A stretch of DNA of 58,396 bases from Deltaproteobacteria bacterium (lineage in GTDB: Bacteria > Desulfobacterota > DSM-4660 > Desulfatiglandales > B25-G16). The DNA is taken from NCBI GenBank assembly GCA_020355085.1, contig CP070657.1, positions 1,967,109 through 2,025,504 on the forward strand. The letters are read 5' to 3'. The translations under genes and the position numbers were made by a program. Shown here piece after piece: positions 10,640-20,386 of this stretch (positions are counted from its first letter, which is position 1; each line of letters begins with the position of its first letter). Below the pieces are notes generated by a model. The model searched no databases, had not been told where the DNA came from, and was given only the letters and a program-made list of their open reading frames with translations.

Positions 10640-11908
10640 ATGAATGAATTCATGGATCTCAGTGAAATGATACGGGGTATGGCCCGCGAAGCCAAGCTCG
10701 CCGCGAGAAGGCTCAGATCGGCCCTATCCAGCGAAAAGGACGCCGCGCTGCGATTTATGGCAGAGGGTATTGTAGCTAGGAAAGAGGAGATCGGTAAGAT
10801 AAATGCCGAGGATGTGAACCTGGCCAGGCAAAAGGGCCTGAGCTCGGCGATGATAGACCGGCTGACCTTGGATGAAAAGACCATCGCATCAATGGTGGCG
10901 GGATTGCAGGAGGTTATTACCCTGCCCGATCCCATCGGCGAGGTGACCGGGATGTGGAAAAGACCAAATGGATTGCAGGTCGGACGGGTACGGATTCCCC
11001 TAGGTGTAATCGGATTCATTTACGAGTCCAGGCCCAACGTAACCGTTGATGCAGCTGCCCTTTGCCTTAAGTCAGGCAATGCCGTCATATTAAAGGGAGG
11101 ATCCGAGGCAATAAACTCAAATCTGGTCCTCAAAGAGATTCTGGGAGAGGCCGTGGAAAAGGCCGGCCTGCCTGGAAAATCAATCCAAGTGGTCCCGTCC
11201 ACCGGGCACGAGGCGGTTGGCATTCTCTTGGGTTTGGATGATTACGTTGACATGATTATACCGCGAGGCGGTGAGGAACTCATCCGGTTCGTCGCAGAAA
11301 ACTCTAGGATTCCGGTGCTGAAACACTATAAGGGCGTGTGCCACGTATACGTTGATGAATTCGCTGACATCGATATGGCGCGAAATATATGTTTCAATGC
11401 TAAGGTTCAGCGACCAGGTGTCTGTAACGCTATGGAGACGATGCTAGTGCATCAAAAGGTGGCCTCATCTTTCCTGCCTGAAATGATACGGGAATTCCTG
11501 TCCGCCGGTGTCGAAGTTAGAGGTTGTGAGGAGTCGCTGAAATTGATACCGGGTCTCAAACGAGCCGAAGAAGCTGACTGGCCGGCTGAGTTTTTGGACC
11601 TTGTCCTAGCAGTTAAGATTGTTGAAACCATGGACGAGGCCTTAGATCACATCGAAAGATACGGCTCCAACCACACGGAGGCCATTGTTACTCAGAACTA
11701 TGAGCGGTCTCAGGAATTTCTGCAGCGGGTAGATGCCTCCGTGGTCCTCGTGAACGCTTCTACGAGGTTCAACGATGGTTTTGAGCTCGGTCTCGGTGCG
11801 GAGATTGGAATCAATACTGCAAAACTGCATGCCTATGGGCCAATGAGCCTTAAGGAGCTGACCGCCACGAAGTTCATCGTCTTTGGATCAGGGCAGGTAA
11901 GGACGTGA
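10640..11908 (+). CDS. proA: Gamma-glutamyl phosphate reductase
   Basis: Aldehyde-dehydrogenase fold with VNASTRFNDGFELGLGAEIGI. I prefer the ATG at 10640; the ORF opens at a GTG at 10610. Confidence 0.92.
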   Translation: MNEFMDLSEMIRGMAREAKLAARRLRSALSSEKDAALRFMAEGIVARKEEIGKINAEDVNLARQKGLSSAMIDRLTLDEKTIASMVAGLQEVITLPDPIGEVTGMWKRPNGLQVGRVRIPLGVIGFIYESRPNVTVDAAALCLKSGNAVILKGGSEAINSNLVLKEILGEAVEKAGLPGKSIQVVPSTGHEAVGILLGLDDYVDMIIPRGGEELIRFVAENSRIPVLKHYKGVCHVYVDEFADIDMARNICFNAKVQRPGVCNAMETMLVHQKVASSFLPEMIREFLSAGVEVRGCEESLKLIPGLKRAEEADWPAEFLDLVLAVKIVETMDEALDHIERYGSNHTEAIVTQNYERSQEFLQRVDASVVLVNASTRFNDGFELGLGAEIGINTAKLHAYGPMSLKELTATKFIVFGSGQVRT

Positions 11909-12564
11909 GAGTAGGCATCTTGGGAGGAACCTTTAACCCAATTCACCTGGGCCATCTGAGGGCGGCAGAGGAAATAGGTGAAGATCTGGATCTGCAAAAG
12001 ATCTACCTCATACCGACAGGAATTCCCCCTCATAAGACTCCCGATCCCCTTGCCGATTTTTCTCACCGTCTGGAAATGGTACGGCTGGCAAGTGCCATCT
12101 CTCCTCTGCTCGAGGCGTGGGACATTGAAGGGAAAAGGCCTGGTCTTTCCTATTCGATTGAGACACTTCGATTATTTCATTCCACGTTTGGGCCTGAGCT
12201 AGAGCTCTTTTTCATCGTGGGAATAGATGCCTTTCTCGAGATACAAACATGGAAGAAGCACCGGGAGCTATTCAACTACGCCTCATTCGTTGTGATCAAC
12301 AGAGCGGGTTACGACACACAAAAGTTTGCCGGCTTTCTTGACTCTCTCCATCTGGGCTTTACCTGGGACCCAGAGGGCAACTGCTTTTGCCATCCATCCG
12401 GGAATACCCTGCTTCAGAAGGAGACGACCGTCATAGATATCTCGGCAAGCAGAATCAGGCAAATGGTGGCCGAGGGAAAATCCATTCGCTTTCTCGTCCC
12501 CGAAGCAGTAAGAGAATATATAGAAAGGGTTGGGTTATACCCGGCACATGAATCCACTCGATAA
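11905..12564 (+). CDS. nadD: Nicotinate-nucleotide adenylyltransferase
   Basis: GGTFNPIHLGHL motif. The GTG start overlaps the proA stop. Confidence 0.92.
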   Translation: MRVGILGGTFNPIHLGHLRAAEEIGEDLDLQKIYLIPTGIPPHKTPDPLADFSHRLEMVRLASAISPLLEAWDIEGKRPGLSYSIETLRLFHSTFGPELELFFIVGIDAFLEIQTWKKHRELFNYASFVVINRAGYDTQKFAGFLDSLHLGFTWDPEGNCFCHPSGNTLLQKETTVIDISASRIRQMVAEGKSIRFLVPEAVREYIERVGLYPAHESTR

Positions 12565-12913
12565 GGCCCTTCTCTGTGTTAGCATCATCCGTGAAAGAAA
12601 GGCAACCGATCTTGTACTCTTTGACGTGGGTTCCTTGGCCTCCATAACCGATTACTTCCTCATCGCTAGCGGAAAATCAAGTAGGCAGGTTCAGGCCATA
12701 GCACAGCATGTACAGAGGCGTATGAAGGAGGAAGGTTTCACGCGGTTTGGCACCGAAGGTGAAAGGGACGGTCACTGGATTTTGCTGGACTACGGTGATG
12801 TCGTGATTCACCTGTTTTACGAGCCGGTGCGCGACTTCTATGACCTCGAAGGTCTATGGGCTGATGCTCCTCGTGTGCATATAGCAAAGGATGTGCGGAA
12901 AGGTGAGAATTAA
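12548..12913 (+). CDS. rsfS: Ribosome silencing factor
   Basis: ITDYFLIASGKSSRQVQAIA...HWILLDYGDVVIHLF signature. Located downstream of nadD, the conserved arrangement. Confidence 0.9.
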   Translation: MNPLDKALLCVSIIRERKATDLVLFDVGSLASITDYFLIASGKSSRQVQAIAQHVQRRMKEEGFTRFGTEGERDGHWILLDYGDVVIHLFYEPVRDFYDLEGLWADAPRVHIAKDVRKGEN

Positions 12914-14303
12914 AAACCTCTTTATCCTTGGTACAGCCCTCGTGGTAATGGCCACCAGCGTCTCAGGTTCCCGAGCGGCATATCTGTCCCCCAAAGAGGA
13001 GACCGAGCTTGGAGAGAGATTCCTCGCCAGCATCAGCTCCAAGTATGAATTCGCCGATTATCCTTATATCATACAGTACATGAACGAGCTTGGCGCTTAC
13101 ATTGGTAGACATATAGAGGTGCCTTACTTCCCTCTCAAGTTCTATGTGATTAAGGATAGGACTGTAAATGCGTTTGCAGCGCCTGCCGGGCATGTCTTTT
13201 TCTTCTCCGGGCTCATTGGCATACTCGATGATGCCGATGAGCTGGCCTCAATACTGGCCCATGAGCTCGCCCACGTGAGCGCCAGGCATTTGGCCTCCCG
13301 TATAGACCGGTCGCAAAAGATCGGGTTGGCCACCTTGGCCGGCATGCTCGCCGGCATTCTGGTCGGCGGGGAGGTAGGTGGTGCGCTGATGACAGGCTCG
13401 GTTGCTGCGGGCATTCAAGCCGAGCTTGGTTACACCCGCGAGGACGAAATGCAGGCTGATCAACTTGGATTCAAATATACACAGGTTGCGGGTTTTAACC
13501 CGGCGGGAATGCTCACTGCGCTGCAGAAGATTCAGAGGGAAAACTGGTATGGGAGTCAAGAGATTCCAGCATACCTCCTTACCCACCCCGGTGCACCGGA
13601 GAGGATGGCTACCATTGAGTCAATGCTTCGAGGGTATGAGAAAACGCCAGATCACGAGACGACGAAGAAACTGCGTGCCTTTTTCCCGATCTTTCAAACC
13701 ATGGTGATCGCCCTGTGTCTTGACAAAGAACAAGCTGCACGGGAGTTAGAAAAAAGGCTTCGGGATGATCCCAGCTCCGGTACCGCGCACTATGGTCTTG
13801 GGCTCATACTTCAGAGAGAGGGAAAGCTTAATGAGGCTCTGGAACATATTAAAATAGCAGACAAGAAAAACACCAACTCCATTCCTGTCATGTTCTCCTT
13901 GGCCGAGACTTATCAGATGCTCGGTGAATACGAAGACTCCGTATCCGTATTAAGAAAGGCGCTTGATCTATCCCCGAAAGACAAAGAGATATTGTTTCTT
14001 CTTGCCTTGTCTTTACAGGAGCTTGAGCAGTATAGTCAGGCTTCTGAGATCTATGAAAGGCTGACCTTCCTCCCACCTATTAAGGATATGGTGTATTATA
14101 ACCTCGGTATTGTGTATGGCAGACAAGGCAAATTGGCGCTCGCTCACTATAACTTGGGGATTTATTTCTCCAAGCTGAGAAGTCGACAAAAGGCATTGTT
14201 CCATTTTGAAAAGGCAAGAGACCTCGCAAGAAACGATGCCGCCCTCCAAAATAAAATAGAAAAGGCTTTAGTGGATATTAAAGGACCTCACTCCCCCCAG
14301 TAA
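12891..14303 (+). CDS. M48-family Zn metalloprotease with C-terminal TPR repeats (BepA-like)
   Basis: Signal peptide, the HELAHVSARH (HExxH) motif, and a TPR-like helical repeat C-terminal half. Confidence 0.85.
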   Translation: MCGKVRIKNLFILGTALVVMATSVSGSRAAYLSPKEETELGERFLASISSKYEFADYPYIIQYMNELGAYIGRHIEVPYFPLKFYVIKDRTVNAFAAPAGHVFFFSGLIGILDDADELASILAHELAHVSARHLASRIDRSQKIGLATLAGMLAGILVGGEVGGALMTGSVAAGIQAELGYTREDEMQADQLGFKYTQVAGFNPAGMLTALQKIQRENWYGSQEIPAYLLTHPGAPERMATIESMLRGYEKTPDHETTKKLRAFFPIFQTMVIALCLDKEQAARELEKRLRDDPSSGTAHYGLGLILQREGKLNEALEHIKIADKKNTNSIPVMFSLAETYQMLGEYEDSVSVLRKALDLSPKDKEILFLLALSLQELEQYSQASEIYERLTFLPPIKDMVYYNLGIVYGRQGKLALAHYNLGIYFSKLRSRQKALFHFEKARDLARNDAALQNKIEKALVDIKGPHSPQ

Positions 14304-14510
14304 GATTTTCTTTCAATCTCCGCACTCTCCAGCTCGTTCCTCGTAGAATCCTGCCTAGACAAGGTATTGTAACGTCGACACCTATCGTCTTGCAGTTGGG
14401 AAATAGAGCTCCCCACCACCCCTCACCATTGACAAAACGCCACCAATGTTCTATAGCGAGCACGGTAGTTGAAGCATGCAATCCTATACCTTTTGGCAGG
14501 AGGAATACTG

Positions 14511-15989
14511 ATGGCCTTAATGACACCTGAGCAGTTCGAAGTAAGCTTGAAGGATATGAAACCGCGGGTATTCATGAATGGAAAAAAGATCGAGAATATT
14601 CTTGAAAACAGGAATACGCGGACCGTTGTCGAGGCGAATAAGGCCAGCTATTCCTGGGCCCTGGACCCCAGATACAAAGACATTATGACGTGTTATTCAC
14701 CGCTCATCGAAGACGTGGTCAACCGCTACACCTATGTGAGCGCCAGCACTGATGATCTCGTAAAGAAGGCTGAAGCAGGTACTTTCACCGCGGAGATGCT
14801 GGGCACGTGCATATATCGCTGCGTAGGCTATGACGCCTTCCACTCCCTGGCCAGCACCACCTGGGAGATGGACAAGGAACTCGGCACCGAGTATAACCCT
14901 CGCTTTCTCGAATACCTCAAGATGGTGCAAACAGAGGACCTTTCCGTAGCTGGCGCCCTCACCGAGCCGCGGGGAAGCAGAAAGGAAAAGACCCCTGATT
15001 GGTCAAACCCCTATCTGTCATTGAAGATTGTTGACAGAAACAAGGATGGCATCGTAGTCAGAGGTGCCAAAATAAATATCAGCGGCGCCTACGCCAGCCA
15101 CGAGCTGGTTGTCCTACCTCAGGCGGCCCATTTCAAAGGCGAAGAGGATTATGCTGTCGCATTTGCCACACCCGTAGATGCTAAAGGAATCACGTTTGTC
15201 TGTCAATATACCCCGTATTCCGCGGAAAGGGATTTGGCCGAAGATCTTGAGGAATTAGGTAATCCCGTGTTTGGACAGCGAGAGACTTCTATGGTTATCT
15301 TTGATGATGTATTTGTTCCCTGGGAACGGGTGTTTCACTGTGGAGAGTATCCTTACTCCGTTAAGCTGGTAACCCGTTTTGCCAAAACCCATCGCATGAC
15401 CTGCGGGGGAACGTGCAAGGTCGGGTTCATGAATCAAATCATCGGAGCCGCAAAACTGATCCAGGAATACAAAGGTTTAGAAAAGGCTACCCACATCAAC
15501 GAACAACTGGCCGAGATGGTGGTATTGCGGGAAACAGGCCGCTCGTGTGGACTCGCGGCCGCACATAGGGGCTCTGAAGAGCCTCCTGGTTCAGGTGTGT
15601 TCCTGCCCGATGAACTCATGGGCAATGTTTCAAAGCTGAATGTGTGCAACGCGTTCTGGCGGGTTATGGCCCTGGCCGGGGACATTGGCGGAGGCCTCAT
15701 CGTAACCCTGCCCTCCCTCAAGGAGTTGAAGAACCCCGAGGTGAAAGAATACGTCGAGGAATTCTATAGCTTTGGCTCGGATGAGCCTACAGAAAACATC
15801 ATGAAGGTCCACAAACACCTGCAGAACTGGACGGCAGGTCTGCACGGGGTGGGAACCTGGCACGGAGCCGGACCAGTTATGGCCCAGAAAATCATGCTAC
15901 AGCGGGTTATTGACTACGAGCATGAAAAAAACCTGGTCAAGCAGACCTTGAACCTGAAGGAAAAAGGCGGTACAAGGAGTACTGGCTGA
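14511..15989 (+). CDS. abfD: 4-hydroxybutyryl-CoA dehydratase / vinylacetyl-CoA isomerase family protein
   Basis: MALMTPEQFEVSLKDMKPRVFMNGKKIEN closely parallels the AbfD N-terminus. CIYRC (Cys100/Cys104) and HRMTCGGTCK sit at the FeS ligand positions. A GGAGG RBS precedes the ATG at 14511. Confidence 0.8.
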   Translation: MALMTPEQFEVSLKDMKPRVFMNGKKIENILENRNTRTVVEANKASYSWALDPRYKDIMTCYSPLIEDVVNRYTYVSASTDDLVKKAEAGTFTAEMLGTCIYRCVGYDAFHSLASTTWEMDKELGTEYNPRFLEYLKMVQTEDLSVAGALTEPRGSRKEKTPDWSNPYLSLKIVDRNKDGIVVRGAKINISGAYASHELVVLPQAAHFKGEEDYAVAFATPVDAKGITFVCQYTPYSAERDLAEDLEELGNPVFGQRETSMVIFDDVFVPWERVFHCGEYPYSVKLVTRFAKTHRMTCGGTCKVGFMNQIIGAAKLIQEYKGLEKATHINEQLAEMVVLRETGRSCGLAAAHRGSEEPPGSGVFLPDELMGNVSKLNVCNAFWRVMALAGDIGGGLIVTLPSLKELKNPEVKEYVEEFYSFGSDEPTENIMKVHKHLQNWTAGLHGVGTWHGAGPVMAQKIMLQRVIDYEHEKNLVKQTLNLKEKGGTRSTG

Positions 15990-16066
15990 GAAGATCACCA
16001 ATATCCGGCCCGGAGAAAATACGCCCCCTAAAGCCATGAACCTGATGGCGAGAAGGAGACCGGTAT

Positions 16067-17125
16067 ATGGAGGCATACACAGGCAAACAACGGGTTTCTG
16101 CAGCCTTTAGGAAGACCTTTGCCGATCAGGATATCTCTATTGATAGAATCCCCGCCTATCCCATAATGGGGCAGTGTAATGCACAGCTTGTCGGTGCGTC
16201 CATCAGGGATTTTCTGCTTGATCCCAGAGTCTTCATAAAGGCCCAGGTAGCCGCGTATGAGCGCTACAAACCGGATATTATCGTCATGCAGGGAGATTTG
16301 TTGATGGAACCACATGCCATGGGAAATGAACTGAGGTTTCCCGAAGACAGCATGTGCATTTCCACCAAATGTGTCCTCGAAGATAAGGGGAAGCTGAGCA
16401 GCCTCAAGGCTCCTGATCCGACCAAAGACGGCCGCATGCCCCAATACCTTGAGGTTATAGCCGAATCCAAGAAAACCATTACGGACTCAATCGTTTCGGG
16501 TGTTCTGGCAGGTCCCTGGACTATTGCCATTGGCCTCAGGGGGGCCACCGAGCTCATCAGGGATGCCATGAAAGATCCTGATTACGTCCATGAGCTCATG
16601 GCGTTCTGCACCCAGATTTCCATCAGGTTCGGGGAGGCCCTGTATCCCCTCAAGGCAGGGGTCAGTTACTCCGAGGCCCCTGCCTCCTGCAGTCTCATAT
16701 CACCGAGGATATATCGGGGTTTTGTCTTCCCCTATCATAAGCAGATCGTTGCTCATTTCAAGGAAAAGAAGGTGGGCGTAGGGCTTCATATTTGTGGATA
16801 CGCCGATCCCATCCTTCAGGATATGGTCGATACTGGGGTAACCAATATCAGTATTGATGCACCTACTGATCTGGCCAAAGCGGTAGAAGTAACCAAGGGC
16901 AAGGCTGTGCTCATCGGCAACGTGAACACTGGCCTTTTCTTTTCCGGCAGTAAAGATGCAATGAAGCAGGCCATGAGAAATTGTCTTGATGTCGTTTCCG
17001 AACAAAGCGGGTATATCCTGGCCTCAGGCTGCGAGGTACCGGGCGTTGCCCCACCTGAGAAGATCGACTGGTTCATGGAGCTGGCAGAGGAACTGGGCAG
17101 GCACGGTGATTCAGAAGAAGGGTAA
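16067..17125 (+). CDS. Uroporphyrinogen-decarboxylase-family Zn methyltransferase (MtaA/MtvB-like)
   Basis: URO-D-like fold, 352 aa, with the Zn motif LHICGY ... ASGCEVP (H-x-C...C). AAGGAG RBS. Confidence 0.8.
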   Translation: MEAYTGKQRVSAAFRKTFADQDISIDRIPAYPIMGQCNAQLVGASIRDFLLDPRVFIKAQVAAYERYKPDIIVMQGDLLMEPHAMGNELRFPEDSMCISTKCVLEDKGKLSSLKAPDPTKDGRMPQYLEVIAESKKTITDSIVSGVLAGPWTIAIGLRGATELIRDAMKDPDYVHELMAFCTQISIRFGEALYPLKAGVSYSEAPASCSLISPRIYRGFVFPYHKQIVAHFKEKKVGVGLHICGYADPILQDMVDTGVTNISIDAPTDLAKAVEVTKGKAVLIGNVNTGLFFSGSKDAMKQAMRNCLDVVSEQSGYILASGCEVPGVAPPEKIDWFMELAEELGRHGDSEEG

Positions 17126-17213
17126 TCCACCTATTGCAGCGAGCCTCGACCTCATATACTCTCCCGTTTCTCCTCATGAAAACCCCTAATAGAAGCAGAT
17201 TTCGTCTCGACAT

Positions 17214-17528
17214 TCATGCTTCAAAGGTGATAGACACATCACGAGGTAAGGCCATGCCGAGTTCGACCTCTGCACACTTGAGAATTGCCACCGGCACTGG
17301 ACAGCTCGCATGACACCGCGCCTCTTGAGCCCGGGCAAAGACAGGATTTCGACCGGCAGCCGTAAGGATGTCGATTAAGGCCATCGAGCCGAGGATATTG
17401 TTCAGTTCACAGATCTGCTCGCACTCGCTTTCTATAATAATAGAAACGGAATCTCTCCCCTGTTTTCGAGCTTCAATCACGGACCGAAAACCGCAAATAC
17501 CCGAGTCAACTATCAGATGGCACGCCAT
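17214..17528 (-). CDS. Small Cys-rich protein of unknown function (104 aa)
   Basis: Seven Cys, including two CxxxC pairs (CEQIC, CHASC) and GICGF. It lies directly downstream of the RACo gene on the same strand. Confidence 0.55.
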   Translation of the reverse strand: MACHLIVDSGICGFRSVIEARKQGRDSVSIIIESECEQICELNNILGSMALIDILTAAGRNPVFARAQEARCHASCPVPVAILKCAEVELGMALPRDVSITFEA

Positions 17529-17574
17529 AGCATTCTATTCGTCGCTTTACGGTGCACCGGTTCAAAGAGATCAT

Positions 17575-19152
17575 TCATTTCAGTTTGAGCCCCTGTGACT
17601 TGCTAATCTGATTCAGGATTTCCTCTGGAACGAGCCCCTTTAAATGGGGGAATTCGTCCTTCATATGGGGAATCTGCATTGCCTGCATAAACTGCTCTTG
17701 AAAGTCCTCCTCCACGGTTAACTCGATATACTGCACATTCCGTGATACCCAATTAGCCTCCTCCCGCTTTCTTCGGTTGAGGAGCGCTGCCCTGGCCCCA
17801 TCACCAGCTGCATTACCCACAGAGATGATTTTGTCTATTTCACAGTCCGGAAACAGGCCCATGATCAGTGCCTTTTCTCGGTCCACATGAGTGCCAAAGG
17901 CACCAGCTATCTTCACCCTATCCACCTTTTCGATACCCATTCGCCTCATCATCAACTTGCACCCACAGTAAAGGGCGCCCTTGGCCAGTTGAATCTGGCG
18001 GATGTCCTTCTGCGTGATCACGATATCTTTATTGATGCTGGTCTCCTCCTTCCAGGCAATCACAAATTCGGGCTGATTATTCTCCGAGTTCTTCCGAAGG
18101 CGCTTGGACTTCTGCTGAGGATTAAATCTCCCGCTCTTGAGAACTATTCCCGAACGATACAACTCCGCCAGCACATCCAAAATACCCGAGCCACATATTC
18201 CCTTTGCCTGTCCCTGCTCCGGTTTTGAGTAGCTCTTCCAGGCATCACGGCCGATTACCTTGTAGTCAACCTCGTACGGGTCCGGGTCGATAGTAATCCG
18301 TTCGATGGCCCCCGGAGCTGCCCGCATTCCGAAGGCTAGCTGAGCGCCCTCCAGTGCAGGGCCGGTGGCGCAGGAAGAGGAGATCAGTTTCTCCTTGTTC
18401 CCCAGAACCAGTTCCCCGTTGGTGCCGATGTCGATGATGAGCTGTATTTCCTCATTCTTGTACGGCTCCTCGGCGATGAGCACTCCCACATTATCGGCTC
18501 CCACAAACCCGGCCTCGATGGGTAGAACATGCACGTAGGCCGATTCGTTTATCCCAATCCCCAGGTCGCGTGCCTTGATGTCAAGACCCTTATGGACTAC
18601 CGGAGGAAAGGGGGCAAGGCCCACATGCTCGGGGTTGAGCTTAAGCAGAATGTGGTGCATGGCGGTGTTTCCCACAATGGTCATGTCTATGATATCGCTG
18701 GGATTGAGGCAGAGATAGTGGTTGTCCTCTGCTTTCTCCGGAGCTGCCTTCTTATCACTCCCCTTGTTCCGTTTGCTCATCTTGGGCGGATGGGTGCCCT
18801 CGCATGCCTGGGTCACCAAATCCTGTATGCCCTGGATGATATCGTCGCTCATCTTCTGGAGTCCATCCGGGTGCATCACATGATAGGTGATGCGGCTCAT
18901 CACATCCTCGCCATACTTGCACTGGGGGTTCATCATGGAGACGGTGTCTATGACCTCCATGGTGACCAGATTGCAGAAATAGGCCGCCACAGTAGTCGTG
19001 CCTATATCAATGGCCATACCATAGTAGTTTTCGTGTTTTCCCGGCAAAACCCGGATGATCTCCCTGTCCATCCAGACGCCCACGGTTACCTTCCAGTCCC
19101 CCGCTCTGAGCTTGCTTGGCAGGTTTCTTAAGGCCAGAAGATCGATATCCAA
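17575..19152 (-). CDS. Corrinoid reductive activator (RACo/RamA-like), middle and ASKHA ATPase domains
   Basis: Contains YGMAIDIGTTTVAAY and IDIGTNGELVLG, the ASKHA phosphate-binding motifs. It is in frame with 19165..19653, separated by a TAG plus 4 codons. Confidence 0.85.
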   Translation of the reverse strand: MDIDLLALRNLPSKLRAGDWKVTVGVWMDREIIRVLPGKHENYYGMAIDIGTTTVAAYFCNLVTMEVIDTVSMMNPQCKYGEDVMSRITYHVMHPDGLQKMSDDIIQGIQDLVTQACEGTHPPKMSKRNKGSDKKAAPEKAEDNHYLCLNPSDIIDMTIVGNTAMHHILLKLNPEHVGLAPFPPVVHKGLDIKARDLGIGINESAYVHVLPIEAGFVGADNVGVLIAEEPYKNEEIQLIIDIGTNGELVLGNKEKLISSSCATGPALEGAQLAFGMRAAPGAIERITIDPDPYEVDYKVIGRDAWKSYSKPEQGQAKGICGSGILDVLAELYRSGIVLKSGRFNPQQKSKRLRKNSENNQPEFVIAWKEETSINKDIVITQKDIRQIQLAKGALYCGCKLMMRRMGIEKVDRVKIAGAFGTHVDREKALIMGLFPDCEIDKIISVGNAAGDGARAALLNRRKREEANWVSRNVQYIELTVEEDFQEQFMQAMQIPHMKDEFPHLKGLVPEEILNQISKSQGLKLK

Positions 19153-19164
19153 ACCCGCAAGCCC

Positions 19165-19653
19165 CTAGCGATGATCCAGTTCATCCAGGATTCGCTCCAG
19201 ATCTGCAGTAGGCTCCTCAAAGGTGGGTTCGGGCACTTCAACATAGTAATACTTGACCGCTGGATCCCAATCGATATGAATAGCCCGCGCTGCCTTGCTC
19301 ACCACCTGTTTGCCGGCTCGAGACTCCTCGGGAACGAACACGAGTATGTCCCCTTGCACCTGAGCACAGCAGCCCAGCCGGTAGCCTTGCTCCCTTTTAT
19401 CAGGGGTGATGAATTTGCCTTCCTCTTTCTGCCACTCGCCGGCATTGGCTTTGGTGGAGTGAATGCCGTATTTCTCGAAAAACCCCTCCTCGATGCGCAC
19501 GATGCATTTGCCGCAGACCCGCTTTTCGCCGCACAGCGTCTCGATATCAACCCCCAGCTGGCGGGAGGCCTCGATGATGCTTACCCCTTTATTAACCTCT
19601 CCCCTTCTGCCCGAAGGCTGAAAGATGACCATTGCTTTGCCGCGTTTTCCCAT
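19165..19653 (-). CDS. N-terminal 2Fe-2S ferredoxin domain and linker of the RACo-type activator, ending at an in-frame TAG
   Basis: Plant-type 2Fe-2S Cys pattern CGEKRVCGKC...GCCAQV. The stop TAG (19165-19167, minus strand) is in the same frame as the downstream ASKHA ORF. Confidence 0.8.
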   Translation of the reverse strand: MGKRGKAMVIFQPSGRRGEVNKGVSIIEASRQLGVDIETLCGEKRVCGKCIVRIEEGFFEKYGIHSTKANAGEWQKEEGKFITPDKREQGYRLGCCAQVQGDILVFVPEESRAGKQVVSKAARAIHIDWDPAVKYYYVEVPEPTFEEPTADLERILDELDHR

Positions 19654-19688
19654 GCACCCACGCTCCCGTTCACATATCTCGAGGCTTC

Positions 19689-20366
19689 CTACGTTTGCTG
19701 CATCTCCCGGAGGCGGCTGATCATTTTAATGGCCTCCTGGACGGCGTTTCCCGCTGAATCGGCATAGCCATCTGCCCCGAAGAGCTCGGTGACATCCTTG
19801 GTGACCGGCGCCCCGCCGAGCATGATTGCCACATTGGGGTTTTTCTCCTTGATCATCTCCACCACCTTTTTCATGCCCATCATGGTGGTGGTCATCATGG
19901 CGGAAAGGGCCACGATCTCCGAATCCGTTCGCATCTGCTCTTCCACGAATTTCTCCAGCGGTACATCACGGCCAAGGTCATGGACGTTGAAGCCCGCAAC
20001 CTCGAACATCATCTTGATGATGTTCTTCCCGATGTCATGGACATCGCCTTGCACCGTACCGATCACCACCTGGCCCTTGGCGCTCTCCCCTATATCTTCC
20101 GGTTTGATCCGAGGCTTCAGGATATCCAGACCGGCGTAAAGGGCGTCGGCGCACAACAGGAGTTCGGGCACGAAGTATTCGTGCTTGTCGTAGAGATCGC
20201 CCACGATCTCCATTCCGGCAGCAAGGCCGTTCATTACCGCATCATAGGCGTTCAAGCCCTGATCAACGACCTTCTGGGCGGCCTCTGCGGCAGTATCCTC
20301 ATCCATATTTACCACCGCATCGCTCAGTGTCTTTAGCAGCTCCTCTCTGAGTTGTTCTTTTCCCAT
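19689..20366 (-). CDS. Corrinoid (B12-binding) methyl-carrier protein
   Basis: DVHDIGKN (DxHxxG) cobalamin-binding motif with a helical cap domain. 225 aa. Confidence 0.9.
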   Translation of the reverse strand: MGKEQLREELLKTLSDAVVNMDEDTAAEAAQKVVDQGLNAYDAVMNGLAAGMEIVGDLYDKHEYFVPELLLCADALYAGLDILKPRIKPEDIGESAKGQVVIGTVQGDVHDIGKNIIKMMFEVAGFNVHDLGRDVPLEKFVEEQMRTDSEIVALSAMMTTTMMGMKKVVEMIKEKNPNVAIMLGGAPVTKDVTELFGADGYADSAGNAVQEAIKMISRLREMQQT

Positions 20367-20386
20367 ACCTCACGTCCTCCTTTTTC

